Position numbers and translations under genes: made by a program
Shown: one piece after another, positions 1-8,216 of the stretch
Position numbering within the stretch: the first letter of the stretch is position 1
Layout: each line of letters starts with the position of its first letter
The notes under the pieces: model-generated
Database searches by the model: none
Seen by the model: the letters and a program-made list of their open reading frames with translations, nothing else
Told to the model about the DNA's origin: nothing
Origin: Thermoplasmata archaeon
GTDB taxonomy: Archaea > Thermoplasmatota > Thermoplasmata > Lutacidiplasmatales > UBA184
DNA length: 42,050 nt
Assembly: GCA_021848165.1 (NCBI GenBank)
Contig: JAJZMW010000160.1
Location: 1-42,050 of the forward strand
Direction of reading: 5' to 3'

Positions 1-417
1 CCAACGAAGTACACCGCCGATGGCGTCGACCGGTCCCCCCCGCTCCTTTTCGAGGAGGTGCCGGCCGGCACGAAAGCGTTCGCCCTGATCTGCGACGATC
101 CCGACGCTCCCGTTGGGACGTGGGTCCATTGGGTCCTCTACGATCTCCCGGGGAGCGCCTCCGGGCTCCCCGAAGGAGTCCCGACCGATGCCACTCTCGG
201 CGACGGAAGCCGCCAGGGCCGCAACAGTTGGAAGAACCACGGTTACGGCGGTCCGTCGCCCCCTCCCGGAACGCCCCATCGCTACTTTTTCCGGCTCTAC
301 GCGCTTCGCGAGCCTCTCGGTCTGCCGTCGGGGCGTGAGGCGAGCGAGGTCGAGACGGCCGCGAAGGCGCGGTCGCTCGCCTCGGCGGAGTACATGGGCA
401 CCTACGGCCGAACGTGA
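1..417 (+). CDS. PEBP/YbhB-YbcL family (Raf-kinase-inhibitor-like) protein, 5' end truncated by the window edge
   Basis: The frame is open from nt 1 (PTKYTADGVDRSPPLLFEEVPAG...). It shows the family hallmarks CDDPDAP...W.HW..YD and GYGGP.PP.G..HRY.F.LYAL. Stop codon at 415-417. Confidence 0.85.
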   Translation, partial: PTKYTADGVDRSPPLLFEEVPAGTKAFALICDDPDAPVGTWVHWVLYDLPGSASGLPEGVPTDATLGDGSRQGRNSWKNHGYGGPSPPPGTPHRYFFRLYALREPLGLPSGREASEVETAAKARSLASAEYMGTYGRT

Positions 418-447
418 TCGAGTCGGCGCCCGACCGGCGGCGTGCCT

Positions 448-774
448 CTACTCGGGCGATGGCGATCGTCGTCGCGGGACGCTCGGGACGTCCAGGGACG
501 CCTTGGTCGCCTCGATGGCGAGGATCATCGCATCGTAGCTGAGGTTCGTCGCGCGGATGAGGGCGGCCCGATCGCGCGGGCCCCCGTCGCGCTCGAATTG
601 GGCGAGGATCCCCTCGAGGAACGAAGCGACCTGCGCGAGCCGCATCGGAAATCGCACCGGGTCCCGGGGGGAGCGGACCATCGCGAGCAGCTCCCGAAGC
701 TCCTCTCGATGGCTATCGAAGACCCCGCGGACGACCGCTTCGGGAATCTCGGAAGCGGGGTCGATCAACGACAT
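448..774 (-). CDS. hypothetical protein (108 aa, helical, no recognised family)
   Basis: ATG-initiated ORF with normal amino-acid composition and G/C-dominated third codon positions. It is divergent from the Rieske oxygenase gene. The overlapping alternative ORFs are Arg/Pro-rich. Confidence 0.45.
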   Translation of the reverse strand: MSLIDPASEIPEAVVRGVFDSHREELRELLAMVRSPRDPVRFPMRLAQVASFLEGILAQFERDGGPRDRAALIRATNLSYDAMILAIEATKASLDVPSVPRRRSPSPE

Positions 775-858
775 CTCCCTCGGCAGGGCCGGCCCCTACT
801 TGTAGGCCGCTCCCTCCCACGTCCGGGACGCACCCGAACGGCCTAATCCCCCCGTGCG

Positions 859-2037
859 GTGGTGCTCCCGATGGCCGGGGCCGCTCCGGGGCCGTACGCG
901 CCGCATCGCTCGGCCCGGACCCCGCCCGGGCGGGTCTACACGGATCCGCAGCGGTTCGACCAAGAGATGGAACGCCTCTTCTTCGCGAACTGGCTCGCCG
1001 TGGGGTCGTCGTCCGAGTTCGCCGAGCGGAACCGGTTCTGGATGCGAGAGGTCGCCGCGGAGAGCGTGCTGCTCGCGCGCGATCGCGCGGGCGAGCTGCG
1101 CGCGTTCTACAACGTGTGCCGGCACCGCGGGGCCCGCTTGGTCGACGGCCCCCCGACGACCGACGGCGGTCCGATCGTCTGCGCCTACCACGGCTGGACC
1201 TACGGCCTCGATGGTCGTCTCCTCGGCGCCCGCGACACCGACGATCTTCCGGGATTCCGCGTCGACGACCAAGGACTCGTTCCCCTCCACGTCGCTGAGG
1301 AGGGCGGTCTCGTATGGATCCACTTCGCGGCGGAGCCGGCGCCTCTCGCCGCATCGTTCGGACCGATCCTCTCGCGATGGGGCGGGGTCCACGGGATGGT
1401 ACGCGGTGCCCGGCGAGAGTACTCCGTCGCCGCGAACTGGAAGATCGTGGTCGAGAACTTCGCGGAGTGCTACCATTGCGCCCCGGTGCACCCGACGCTC
1501 AACCGGATCACCCCGTATCGTTCGGGGGCCAACGACGCGTGGTTCGCCCGCGGGGCGCGCGGCGAGTTTGCGGGAGGATACATGGAGCTCGTCGACGGCT
1601 GCGACTCCCTCGTGCGAGGAGGGCGCACGTCGCGACCGCCGCTGGCGAGCCGTCGGGCCGAGGATCGGCGCCGGATCTACTACTACGTCCTCTTCCCGAA
1701 CCTCTTCTTGAGCTTCGCTCCCGACTACACGATGCTCCACCGGGTCGATCCCCTGGCCCCGGGTCGCTCGCGCGTGGAGAACGAGTTCTACTTCGATGCC
1801 ACCACCGCCGGTCTCCCGAACTTCGATCCGCGCGACGTCGTGGAGCTGTGGGACGAGATCAACCGGCAGGATTGGCGCGTCTGCGAGCTCGCGCAGGCCG
1901 GGGCCCGGTCCCGCTCGTGGCACGGCGGCCGCTACAGCGACACCGAGTCGATGGTCTGCGACTTCGACCGAACGATCGCCGAACGGATGGGGGATCCCGA
2001 TCCGTGGTCGGGGGGCCCTCCCCGGAGGGCGCCATGA
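859..2037 (+). CDS. Rieske [2Fe-2S] non-haem-iron oxygenase, alpha subunit (ring-hydroxylating oxygenase family)
   Basis: Rieske motif CRHRG...CAYHGW and mononuclear iron motif NFAECYHCAPVHP. GTG at 859; an alternative ATG lies at 871. Confidence 0.85.
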   Translation: MVLPMAGAAPGPYAPHRSARTPPGRVYTDPQRFDQEMERLFFANWLAVGSSSEFAERNRFWMREVAAESVLLARDRAGELRAFYNVCRHRGARLVDGPPTTDGGPIVCAYHGWTYGLDGRLLGARDTDDLPGFRVDDQGLVPLHVAEEGGLVWIHFAAEPAPLAASFGPILSRWGGVHGMVRGARREYSVAANWKIVVENFAECYHCAPVHPTLNRITPYRSGANDAWFARGARGEFAGGYMELVDGCDSLVRGGRTSRPPLASRRAEDRRRIYYYVLFPNLFLSFAPDYTMLHRVDPLAPGRSRVENEFYFDATTAGLPNFDPRDVVELWDEINRQDWRVCELAQAGARSRSWHGGRYSDTESMVCDFDRTIAERMGDPDPWSGGPPRRAP

Positions 2038-2921
2038 GCGAGAGGACGTATCCGGTCCGGACCACCGACGGACGGACGCTCTCGGTGCGAGAGGTCGGCG
2101 CTCCCCACGGCCCCGTGGTCTTCGTACTGCACGGCACGCCGATGTCGAACCGTCTCTACGCCCCCCACGTGGAGGACGCCCGGCGTCGGGGGATCCGCCT
2201 GATCGCCTACGATCGGCCCGGCTACGGGGGCTCCACCCCCCGCCCCGGTCGGACGATCGCCGATGCGGCCGACGACGTGCGCACGATCGCGGACCAGCTC
2301 GGGGTCGACCGGTTCGGCGTCTGGGGGATCTCGGGAGGGGGTCCCCACGCCCTCGCGTGCGGGGCGAAGCTCTCCGGCCGGGCTCGCGCGGTCGTCGCTC
2401 TCGCCTCCCCGGCCCCCTACGACGCGAAGGGGCTCGACTACCTCGCCGACACGGGGGAGGCGAACATCGAGGAGACGCGCGCGTCGCTGCTGGGGGCGGA
2501 GGCGCTCGAGGCCGTGATCGGCCCGCAACGGGAGTCCTACGTTCGGGGGGACCGCGCCGCGACCGACGCGGCGATGGCGACGCTGCTGAGCCCGGTCGAC
2601 CGGGCCGTCTATTTCGGGGGGCTGGGAGAGTATCTGTTCGACGGCGCGCGCGCCGGGCTCGCCCCCGGGGTCGCCGGGTGGCGCGACGACGACATTGCGT
2701 TCGTTCGTCCGTGGGGGTTTGCGCCCAAGGAGATCCGCGTTCCGGTCACGCTCTGGCAAGGGCGCCAGGACCGGTTCGTTCCGTACTCCCATGGGAAATG
2801 GCTCGGGGAGGAGATCGGCCACGCCGTGCGCAACCTTTCGGACGAGGACGGACACCTGACGCTCTACGAGCACCGCATCCCCTCGGTGCACTCTTGGCTC
2901 CTGACGTACCTCGGGCGCTGA
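2034..2921 (+). CDS. alpha/beta-fold hydrolase
   Basis: MSERTYPVRTTDGRTLSVREVG..VVFVLHGTP; nucleophile elbow GISGGG. The ATG at 2034 overlaps the upstream stop (ATGA). Confidence 0.8.
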   Translation: MSERTYPVRTTDGRTLSVREVGAPHGPVVFVLHGTPMSNRLYAPHVEDARRRGIRLIAYDRPGYGGSTPRPGRTIADAADDVRTIADQLGVDRFGVWGISGGGPHALACGAKLSGRARAVVALASPAPYDAKGLDYLADTGEANIEETRASLLGAEALEAVIGPQRESYVRGDRAATDAAMATLLSPVDRAVYFGGLGEYLFDGARAGLAPGVAGWRDDDIAFVRPWGFAPKEIRVPVTLWQGRQDRFVPYSHGKWLGEEIGHAVRNLSDEDGHLTLYEHRIPSVHSWLLTYLGR

Positions 2922-2980
2922 TCGACCCCGTGGGGCGCGGCCGTCCCGCGCGCCCCGAGCCGTTCCGCTGCCGAGAAGAT

Positions 2981-3226
2981 TCACTCCCTCCCGCGGCCTG
3001 CGCCGACGAGGAGGAGCACGATCCCGATCACCAGCAGCGCGACGCAGCCGTAGAGGGCGTTCTGCATGAGCTGCACCTGCGCCGCCGGCAGTCCCGGGGT
3101 CAGGGCGCTGATCAGCACCGCATCGAGGACGGTCGCGATGACCCCAAGGAACGCGAGCGCCGCGCCCGCCGTCAGCAGTCCGTTGCCCCGCGCGTCGATC
3201 GGACGAACGCCGCTCGCGGTTCCCAT
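2981..3226 (-). CDS. small membrane protein (81 aa, two predicted TM helices)
   Basis: Two hydrophobic stretches (LLTAGAALAFLGVIATVL and LYGCVALLVIGIVLLLV). ATG start, with a TATA-like element just upstream. Confidence 0.5.
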   Translation of the reverse strand: MGTASGVRPIDARGNGLLTAGAALAFLGVIATVLDAVLISALTPGLPAAQVQLMQNALYGCVALLVIGIVLLLVGAGRGRE

Positions 3227-3258
3227 GGACCTCGCTCCCTCCCCCGGGCCGTCCCGGC

Positions 3259-3264
3259 TTAAAT
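3259..3264 (-). promoter_or_regulatory. TATA-like element (ATTTAA on the minus strand) upstream of the small membrane protein gene
   Basis: An AT-only hexamer in otherwise GC-rich DNA, about 33 nt upstream of the ATG at 3226. Confidence 0.25.
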
Positions 3265-3287
3265 CTGTGCGGTTGGTGAACTCCCCG

Positions 3288-4418
3288 TCACCGGCCCGAT
3301 CGAGCCCGCGGCCAGACCCGGCCCGCGGGCGGTCCGTCGTAGAGCACGTCCGGGCGCATCACGCGGTTCTCGCGCGTCTGCTCCAGGGCATGGGCGGCCC
3401 AGCCGGCCGTCCGTGCGATCGCAAAGGTCGGGGTGAAGCAGTCGGGGGGAAGCCCGACCGCTTCGAGCAGCACGGCCCCGTAGAACTCGACGTTCGGATA
3501 GATCCGGGCCGAGGGCCGATGGCGTCGGAACGCCGCGAGGGCCTCGCGTTCGACCGTCTCCGCGAGCGCGAGGCGGGAGGGGGCGGCGACGCGCTTCGCG
3601 AGGCCGTGCAGCAGCTCCGATCGGGGATCGTCGACTTTGTAGACCCGATGGCCGAAGCCGTAGAGGATCTCCTTGCGCGCCATCCGCTCCTCGATCCACG
3701 GCGCCGCTCGCTCCGTCGCGCCGATGCGGTCGAGCATCTCCGTGACCCGGCTCGGGGCGCCGCCGTGCCGGGGGCCCTTGAGCACCCCGAGGGCCGCGGT
3801 CGCCGCGCTGATGAGGTCGGACTCCGTCGAGATCGCGACGCACAGCGCGAGGGTCGACGCGTTCATCCCGTGATCCGCGAGGAGGTCGAAGTACCCTTCC
3901 AGAGCGCGAACGCGCTCCCCGTCGATCGGCTCGCCGAACATCTGGTGGAGGTACGTCTCCACCTGCCCGCGCTCGGGGTCGATCGGGACCGGCGGGAGCC
4001 CCTGGCGATGGCGCACGAACCGCGCGAAGGCGATCGGGAGCCGCGCGATGAGATCGAACCCCTGCGCCCGGGTCGGGGGATATCCGTACCCGCCGTCGCC
4101 GAGCGAGGAGAGGATCGTCCGCATCGCCTCGAGCGGGGGCAGCGTGGGAGGGAGGTCGGCGAGGACGCGCTCGGTGATCGGCGGGAGGGTGCGTCGCGCC
4201 GCGAGCTCCCGAACGACCTCGGGCGACGGGTCGGCCCCCGGTAGCTCGTCGTAGAGCAGCAGGTGTACGACCGATTCGTACGGCGTCCCGGGCACGAGTT
4301 CGTGGATATCGAACCCTCGGTAGACGAGGGTCCCGTTCTCTCCGTCGACCTGGCTCAGGGAACTCCGACCGATCACGACGCCATCCAGCCCTCGGGAGAG
4401 CCCCGGCTCCGCCGTCAT
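3288..4418 (-). CDS. gltA: citrate synthase
   Basis: LSRGLDGV..G.S.LS.VDGENG.L.YRG.DI..L and GFGHRVYKVDDPR are typical citrate synthase signatures. The start is placed at the MTAEPG ATG (4418) rather than the upstream ORF start at 4496. Confidence 0.9.
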   Translation of the reverse strand: MTAEPGLSRGLDGVVIGRSSLSQVDGENGTLVYRGFDIHELVPGTPYESVVHLLLYDELPGADPSPEVVRELAARRTLPPITERVLADLPPTLPPLEAMRTILSSLGDGGYGYPPTRAQGFDLIARLPIAFARFVRHRQGLPPVPIDPERGQVETYLHQMFGEPIDGERVRALEGYFDLLADHGMNASTLALCVAISTESDLISAATAALGVLKGPRHGGAPSRVTEMLDRIGATERAAPWIEERMARKEILYGFGHRVYKVDDPRSELLHGLAKRVAAPSRLALAETVEREALAAFRRHRPSARIYPNVEFYGAVLLEAVGLPPDCFTPTFAIARTAGWAAHALEQTRENRVMRPDVLYDGPPAGRVWPRARSGR

Positions 4419-4498
4419 ATCGGGGCGAACGAGGTCCCGCACAAAAGGTGGGGCCCCGGCCGCACACGTTAAGGAACGGGCCCGCTCCCACCCCACCG

Positions 4499-4732
4499 AT
4501 GTCGACGCCGCTTGCCGCCGCGTTCGGGCGCGCGATCGGTCAGAAGGTGGAGCTCCGGCTCAAGGACGGTCGCTCCGTGTTCGGACGGCTCGCGGGGACG
4601 GACGATCATCTCAATCTCGTCCTCGAGGAGGCGGAGATCCGGGACGAATCGGGGGCCCGTCGGCTGGGCCGCCTGATCGTCCGCGGGTCGGGCGTTTCGA
4701 GCGTCCACACCGCCCGAGGGCCGCGGTCGTGA
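4499..4732 (+). CDS. Sm-like archaeal protein (LSm/SmAP)
   Basis: Sm1/Sm2 pattern: GQKVELRLKDGRSVFGRLAGTDDHLNLVLEEAE......LGRLIVRGSGV. ATG at 4499. Confidence 0.85.
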   Translation: MSTPLAAAFGRAIGQKVELRLKDGRSVFGRLAGTDDHLNLVLEEAEIRDESGARRLGRLIVRGSGVSSVHTARGPRS

Positions 4733-5439
4733 GCGACGCCGCCCCGCGCGGGTCCGCGCCCCGGGCCCGCCGGCGCCGATCCCGCTCCGAGGAGCTCCGC
4801 GTCCTCCGCGTGCTCGCGAGCGCGGGCGCGGACCGCGCGTCGATCCCGATCACGTCCCTCGAGGTCGGCGAGCGCGTCGGGGCGAGCCAGCAGGCCGCCG
4901 ACCGTCATCTGCTCGCGCTGGAGCGGGCCGGCGAGATCGCGCGCGCGCGCGTCGGCCGCCGCCCCACGATCGCCGTGACGCCCGCGGGGCTCGACGCGCT
5001 CCGGGCGGAGTACATGAGCTACCGGCGGCTCTTCGAGGGACCCGCCCGCGTCGAGCTCGCCGGGATCCTCGTCTCGGGGCTCGGCGAGGGCCGCTACTAC
5101 CTGAGCCAGCCCGGCTATGCGTCCCAGTTCCCCGCTCGCCTCGGCTATGCCCCGTACCCGGGGACGCTGAACGTGAAGCTCGAGGGCGAGGCGCTGCGGC
5201 GCGCCGCCCTGGTCCGCCACTGGAACGGGATCCGGATCGACGGATTCCAGGCGAGCGGACGGACCTTCGGCGGGGCGACGTGCATCCCCTCGCTCATCCA
5301 AGGGTCGCCGGGGCATCTGATCCGACCGGACCGGACGCATTACGCCGACGTGCTCGAGTTCGTCGCGCCGATCTGCTTGCGCGAAACGCTCGGTCTCGCC
5401 GACCAGCAACCGATCTCGCTGACGCTCGAGGAGTCGTGA
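4729..5439 (+). CDS. ribK: CTP-dependent riboflavin kinase with an N-terminal winged-HTH domain (RbkR-type bifunctional kinase/regulator)
   Basis: The C-terminal domain (GLGEGRYYLSQPGY...YPGTLNV.L) matches the archaeal RibK (MJ0056) family. The N-terminal ~90 aa look like an MarR/wHTH module. The GTG start overlaps the LSm stop (GTGA). Confidence 0.8.
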   Translation: MSDAAPRGSAPRARRRRSRSEELRVLRVLASAGADRASIPITSLEVGERVGASQQAADRHLLALERAGEIARARVGRRPTIAVTPAGLDALRAEYMSYRRLFEGPARVELAGILVSGLGEGRYYLSQPGYASQFPARLGYAPYPGTLNVKLEGEALRRAALVRHWNGIRIDGFQASGRTFGGATCIPSLIQGSPGHLIRPDRTHYADVLEFVAPICLRETLGLADQQPISLTLEES

Positions 5440-6455
5440 GCGGCCCGTCGTTGGCGCGGATCGTCGCCGACGAGCGGCGACCGCCTCCCGCTCCCCCCGA
5501 CGCCGCCGCGCGGTACGTGAACCAATGGGTCGAGGACGAAGCGATCGGATCCGAGCGCGTCCGAGCGTTCGTCCTGATCCTGAAGACCCGCGGGTGCTAC
5601 TGGGCGGACGCGAAGGGCTGCTCGATGTGCGGCTACTCGAAGGACACGCTCGGACGCTCCGCGACTCCGGGGGAGCTCGCCGAGCAGCTCCGCCGAGCGC
5701 TCGCGCGCTACCGCGGAGAACCGTACGTCAAGGTGTACACCTCGGGGAGCTTCCTCGACGATCGGGAGGTCGACCCCGCCTCCCGGGTCGCGATCCTCAC
5801 CGCGTTCCGCTCGGCGCGTCGGTTCCTGTTCGAGACGTTGCCCGAGTTCCCGTCGGCCGAGACCCTCGCGCCGCTCCGCGCCGCGTTCCCCGGGACCCTC
5901 GAGGTCGCGCTCGGGCTCGAGTCGACCGACCCCGAGGTGCTGCGCCGGTACGTGAACAAAGGCTCCTCGCCGGACGAGTACCTGGCGGCGGCCGACCGCG
6001 TTCGTGCCGAGGGAGCGTCTCCGAAGGGGTACTTGTTGCTCAAGCCGCCGTACCTCACCGAAGAGGAGTCGGTCCGGGACGTCGTTCGGAGCGTTCGCAC
6101 GGCCGCGGCGCATTTCGACACGCTCTCGATCAACCCCGTCCACATTCAGAACGGTACGGTCGTCGAGTGGCTCTACCATCGCGGCCGGTATCGCCCCCCC
6201 TGGCTCTGGAGCGTGGTGGAGGCGCTCCGCGTCGGGGCGACGTTCCGCGGGAGCGCGCGCCTCGTGTCGTTCCCGACCGCGGGGGGGCTCGCCCGGGGTC
6301 CGCACAACTGCGGAGCGTGCGACGCGACGGTCCTCGAGGCGATCCGGGGGGCCTCTCTCGCGCAGGAGTTCACCTCGCTCGATGCCCTCTCGTGCGCCTG
6401 CCAGTCGGAGTACCGGGCGATCCGTTCGCTGGAGGCGCCGGGCGTCGAAGCATGA
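5436..6455 (+). CDS. archaeal radical SAM protein of the TIGR01210 / RaSEA-like family (archaeosine biosynthesis)
   Basis: Cys cluster LKTRGCYWADAKGCSMCGY followed by an Elp3/MiaB-like TIM-barrel segment, and a C-terminal Cys-rich tail (HNCGACD...SCAC). The GTG at 5436 overlaps the ribK stop. Confidence 0.6.
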   Translation: MSGPSLARIVADERRPPPAPPDAAARYVNQWVEDEAIGSERVRAFVLILKTRGCYWADAKGCSMCGYSKDTLGRSATPGELAEQLRRALARYRGEPYVKVYTSGSFLDDREVDPASRVAILTAFRSARRFLFETLPEFPSAETLAPLRAAFPGTLEVALGLESTDPEVLRRYVNKGSSPDEYLAAADRVRAEGASPKGYLLLKPPYLTEEESVRDVVRSVRTAAAHFDTLSINPVHIQNGTVVEWLYHRGRYRPPWLWSVVEALRVGATFRGSARLVSFPTAGGLARGPHNCGACDATVLEAIRGASLAQEFTSLDALSCACQSEYRAIRSLEAPGVEA

Positions 6456-7267
6456 GCGCCGGCGACCTCGTGCCCCGCCTTCCGCCCCACGCCGAGGAGA
6501 CGATCCTCGCCTTCCTTCGGAGCCACGCCCTCGATCACGGCCACGACGGGGGCGTGGTCGGTCTCTCGGGAGGGATCGACAGCGCGCTGGTCGCGCATCT
6601 TGCGGCGCAGGCGCTCGGGCCGGACCGCGTCCTCGGAGTGCTCTTGCCGGACCCCGAGTGCCCTGCCTCCCTGCGGCGCGAGACCGAGGCGTTCGCCGAC
6701 GCCCTGGGGATCGAGCGCCGGACCCTTCCGATCGGTCCGATCGAGGAGGAGTTCCGCCGGCTCCTCCCCGAGGTCGCCGACCGGGTCACTCGGGGGAACA
6801 CCAAGGCGCGCATCCGCATGATCGTCCTCTACGCGCTCGCCCGCGAGCGCCACCGCGTGGTGCTCGGGACGGGGAACAAGTCGGAGCTCCTGCTCGGCTA
6901 CTTCACGAAGTACGGGGACGGGGGCGTCGACGTCCAACCGATCGCGGATCTGTACAAGACCGAGGTCCGGGCGCTCGCGGCGCGGCGCGCGTTGCCCGCC
7001 GCGATCCGCGACCGACCGCCCAGCGCGGGGCTGTGGGAGGGGCAGACCGACGAGGAGGAGCTCGGTCTTCCGTACGACGCGATCGACCCGATCCTCCGGG
7101 GGCTCGAACGGGGGCTCGCCCCCGAGGAGATCGCGCGACGCACCGGGCTGGGCGCGGCCGCGATCGAGCCGATCCTCGCCCGGGTCGTCGCGAGCCGCCA
7201 CAAGCGTCGCCCGGCCCCGATCGCGGCGGTCTCGGAGCGGACCGTCGGAGCGGCCTGGGACGTCTGA
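6452..7267 (+). CDS. nadE: ammonia-dependent NAD+ synthetase
   Basis: PP-loop GLSGGIDSA plus GTGNKSELLLGYFTKYGDGG and PIADLYKTEV. The ATG overlaps the upstream stop (ATGA). Confidence 0.9.
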   Translation: MSAGDLVPRLPPHAEETILAFLRSHALDHGHDGGVVGLSGGIDSALVAHLAAQALGPDRVLGVLLPDPECPASLRRETEAFADALGIERRTLPIGPIEEEFRRLLPEVADRVTRGNTKARIRMIVLYALARERHRVVLGTGNKSELLLGYFTKYGDGGVDVQPIADLYKTEVRALAARRALPAAIRDRPPSAGLWEGQTDEEELGLPYDAIDPILRGLERGLAPEEIARRTGLGAAAIEPILARVVASRHKRRPAPIAAVSERTVGAAWDV

Positions 7268-7331
7268 GGGTCGGCCAGAGCTTTTGAGGGCGAGCGGGGT
7301 CGGCCGGCCGTTTCGGGAGTCGTCATCGCCG

Positions 7332-8216
7332 ATGGACGGAGCGACCTACCGCCGCCTCTACGACGCCCTCGCGACCCTCGAGGACGTCCACCGCATCGCC
7401 CACGAGGAGCACCGCGACGAGGAGCTGCTCATGGTCATCCATACCCACCGGGTGACGCGCGACGCGACCCGGCGGTTCTATCCCGTCCAGCGCCAGGTCC
7501 CCCGCCTCGCCTCGGAGTGGCGCCACGGGCGCACCCTCCTCGACATCGCGCGGGAGTGGAAGTTCCCCCCGGTCCTGATGGGGCAGATGATGCTCAAGGA
7601 GCTCGGGATCCCCCGGCGGAAGGTCTGGCAGGTGTTCCTGAGCCCCGAGAGCGCCCCCGACCGGCGGCTCCGCACCGAGGTCGAGCACCTCCTCGAAGCC
7701 GACGCCATCTACTCTCCCAAGGGGATGGAGGTCCAACGGGAGCGCGGGAAGCGAGGGGAGGAGCGGCTCGCGCGGTGGCTCGAGCGCCACGGGGTCGGCT
7801 ACCGCACGGAGAAGGACCTGCGGGGGAAGTACGCGAAGACCCCCGACGCCCTCTTGGACGATCCGATCTACTTCTTCGGCCAGAAGATCACCTGGATCGA
7901 GTCGAAAGCGAACTTCGGCGACGACGTCGAGCTCCGCAAGAACCTCCGCCGTCAGCTCGGGCCGTACACCGAGATCTTCGGCGAAGGCGCCGTGGTGTAC
8001 TGGTACGGCTATGTCGACGACGCCGCGAGCCCGCCCGGGATCCTTCTCTGGGACGCGGAGACGATCGAAGGGCTTACGCCGAGCGTTCAGCCTCACTCGG
8101 AGGGAACTCCCGCTGTGCGCCCGTCGAAAGATCCCGCTCGACGACCGCATGCGGAGCCGCCTCCTTCAAGCCGACGATCCACGCCCGACGCGCGCGGCGA
8201 CGGGCCGCCTCCTTGA
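7332..8216 (+). CDS. CDIN1/C15orf41-like protein: HTH region plus a TPD-motif PD-(D/E)XK nuclease domain
   Basis: GKYAKTPDALL...ITWIESKANFGD...VVYWYGYV...GILLWD is collinear with my recollection of the human CDIN1 C-terminal nuclease domain (DKTPDF..WIESKASFGD..VIYWYGF..GILL). TPD at 7839-7847 and ESK at 7899-7907. An alternative upstream ATG lies at 7284. Confidence 0.7.
   Translation: MDGATYRRLYDALATLEDVHRIAHEEHRDEELLMVIHTHRVTRDATRRFYPVQRQVPRLASEWRHGRTLLDIAREWKFPPVLMGQMMLKELGIPRRKVWQVFLSPESAPDRRLRTEVEHLLEADAIYSPKGMEVQRERGKRGEERLARWLERHGVGYRTEKDLRGKYAKTPDALLDDPIYFFGQKITWIESKANFGDDVELRKNLRRQLGPYTEIFGEGAVVYWYGYVDDAASPPGILLWDAETIEGLTPSVQPHSEGTPAVRPSKDPARRPHAEPPPSSRRSTPDARGDGPPP

Noticed and set aside
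796-2984. Long minus-strand ORFs (796-1923, 1932-2984) and off-frame plus ORFs (854-1711, 1314-2033, 1796-3262) over the Rieske oxygenase and hydrolase genes
   Set aside because: These are shadow ORFs with low-complexity Arg/Pro/Gly composition. The annotated frames contain the Rieske/iron motifs and the GxSxG hydrolase motif.
4419-4496. Longer citrate synthase form starting at 4496
   Set aside because: The extra 26 codons (MGWERARSLTCAAGAPPFVRDLVRPD) carry no citrate synthase similarity. They would consume almost the entire divergent promoter region shared with the LSm operon.
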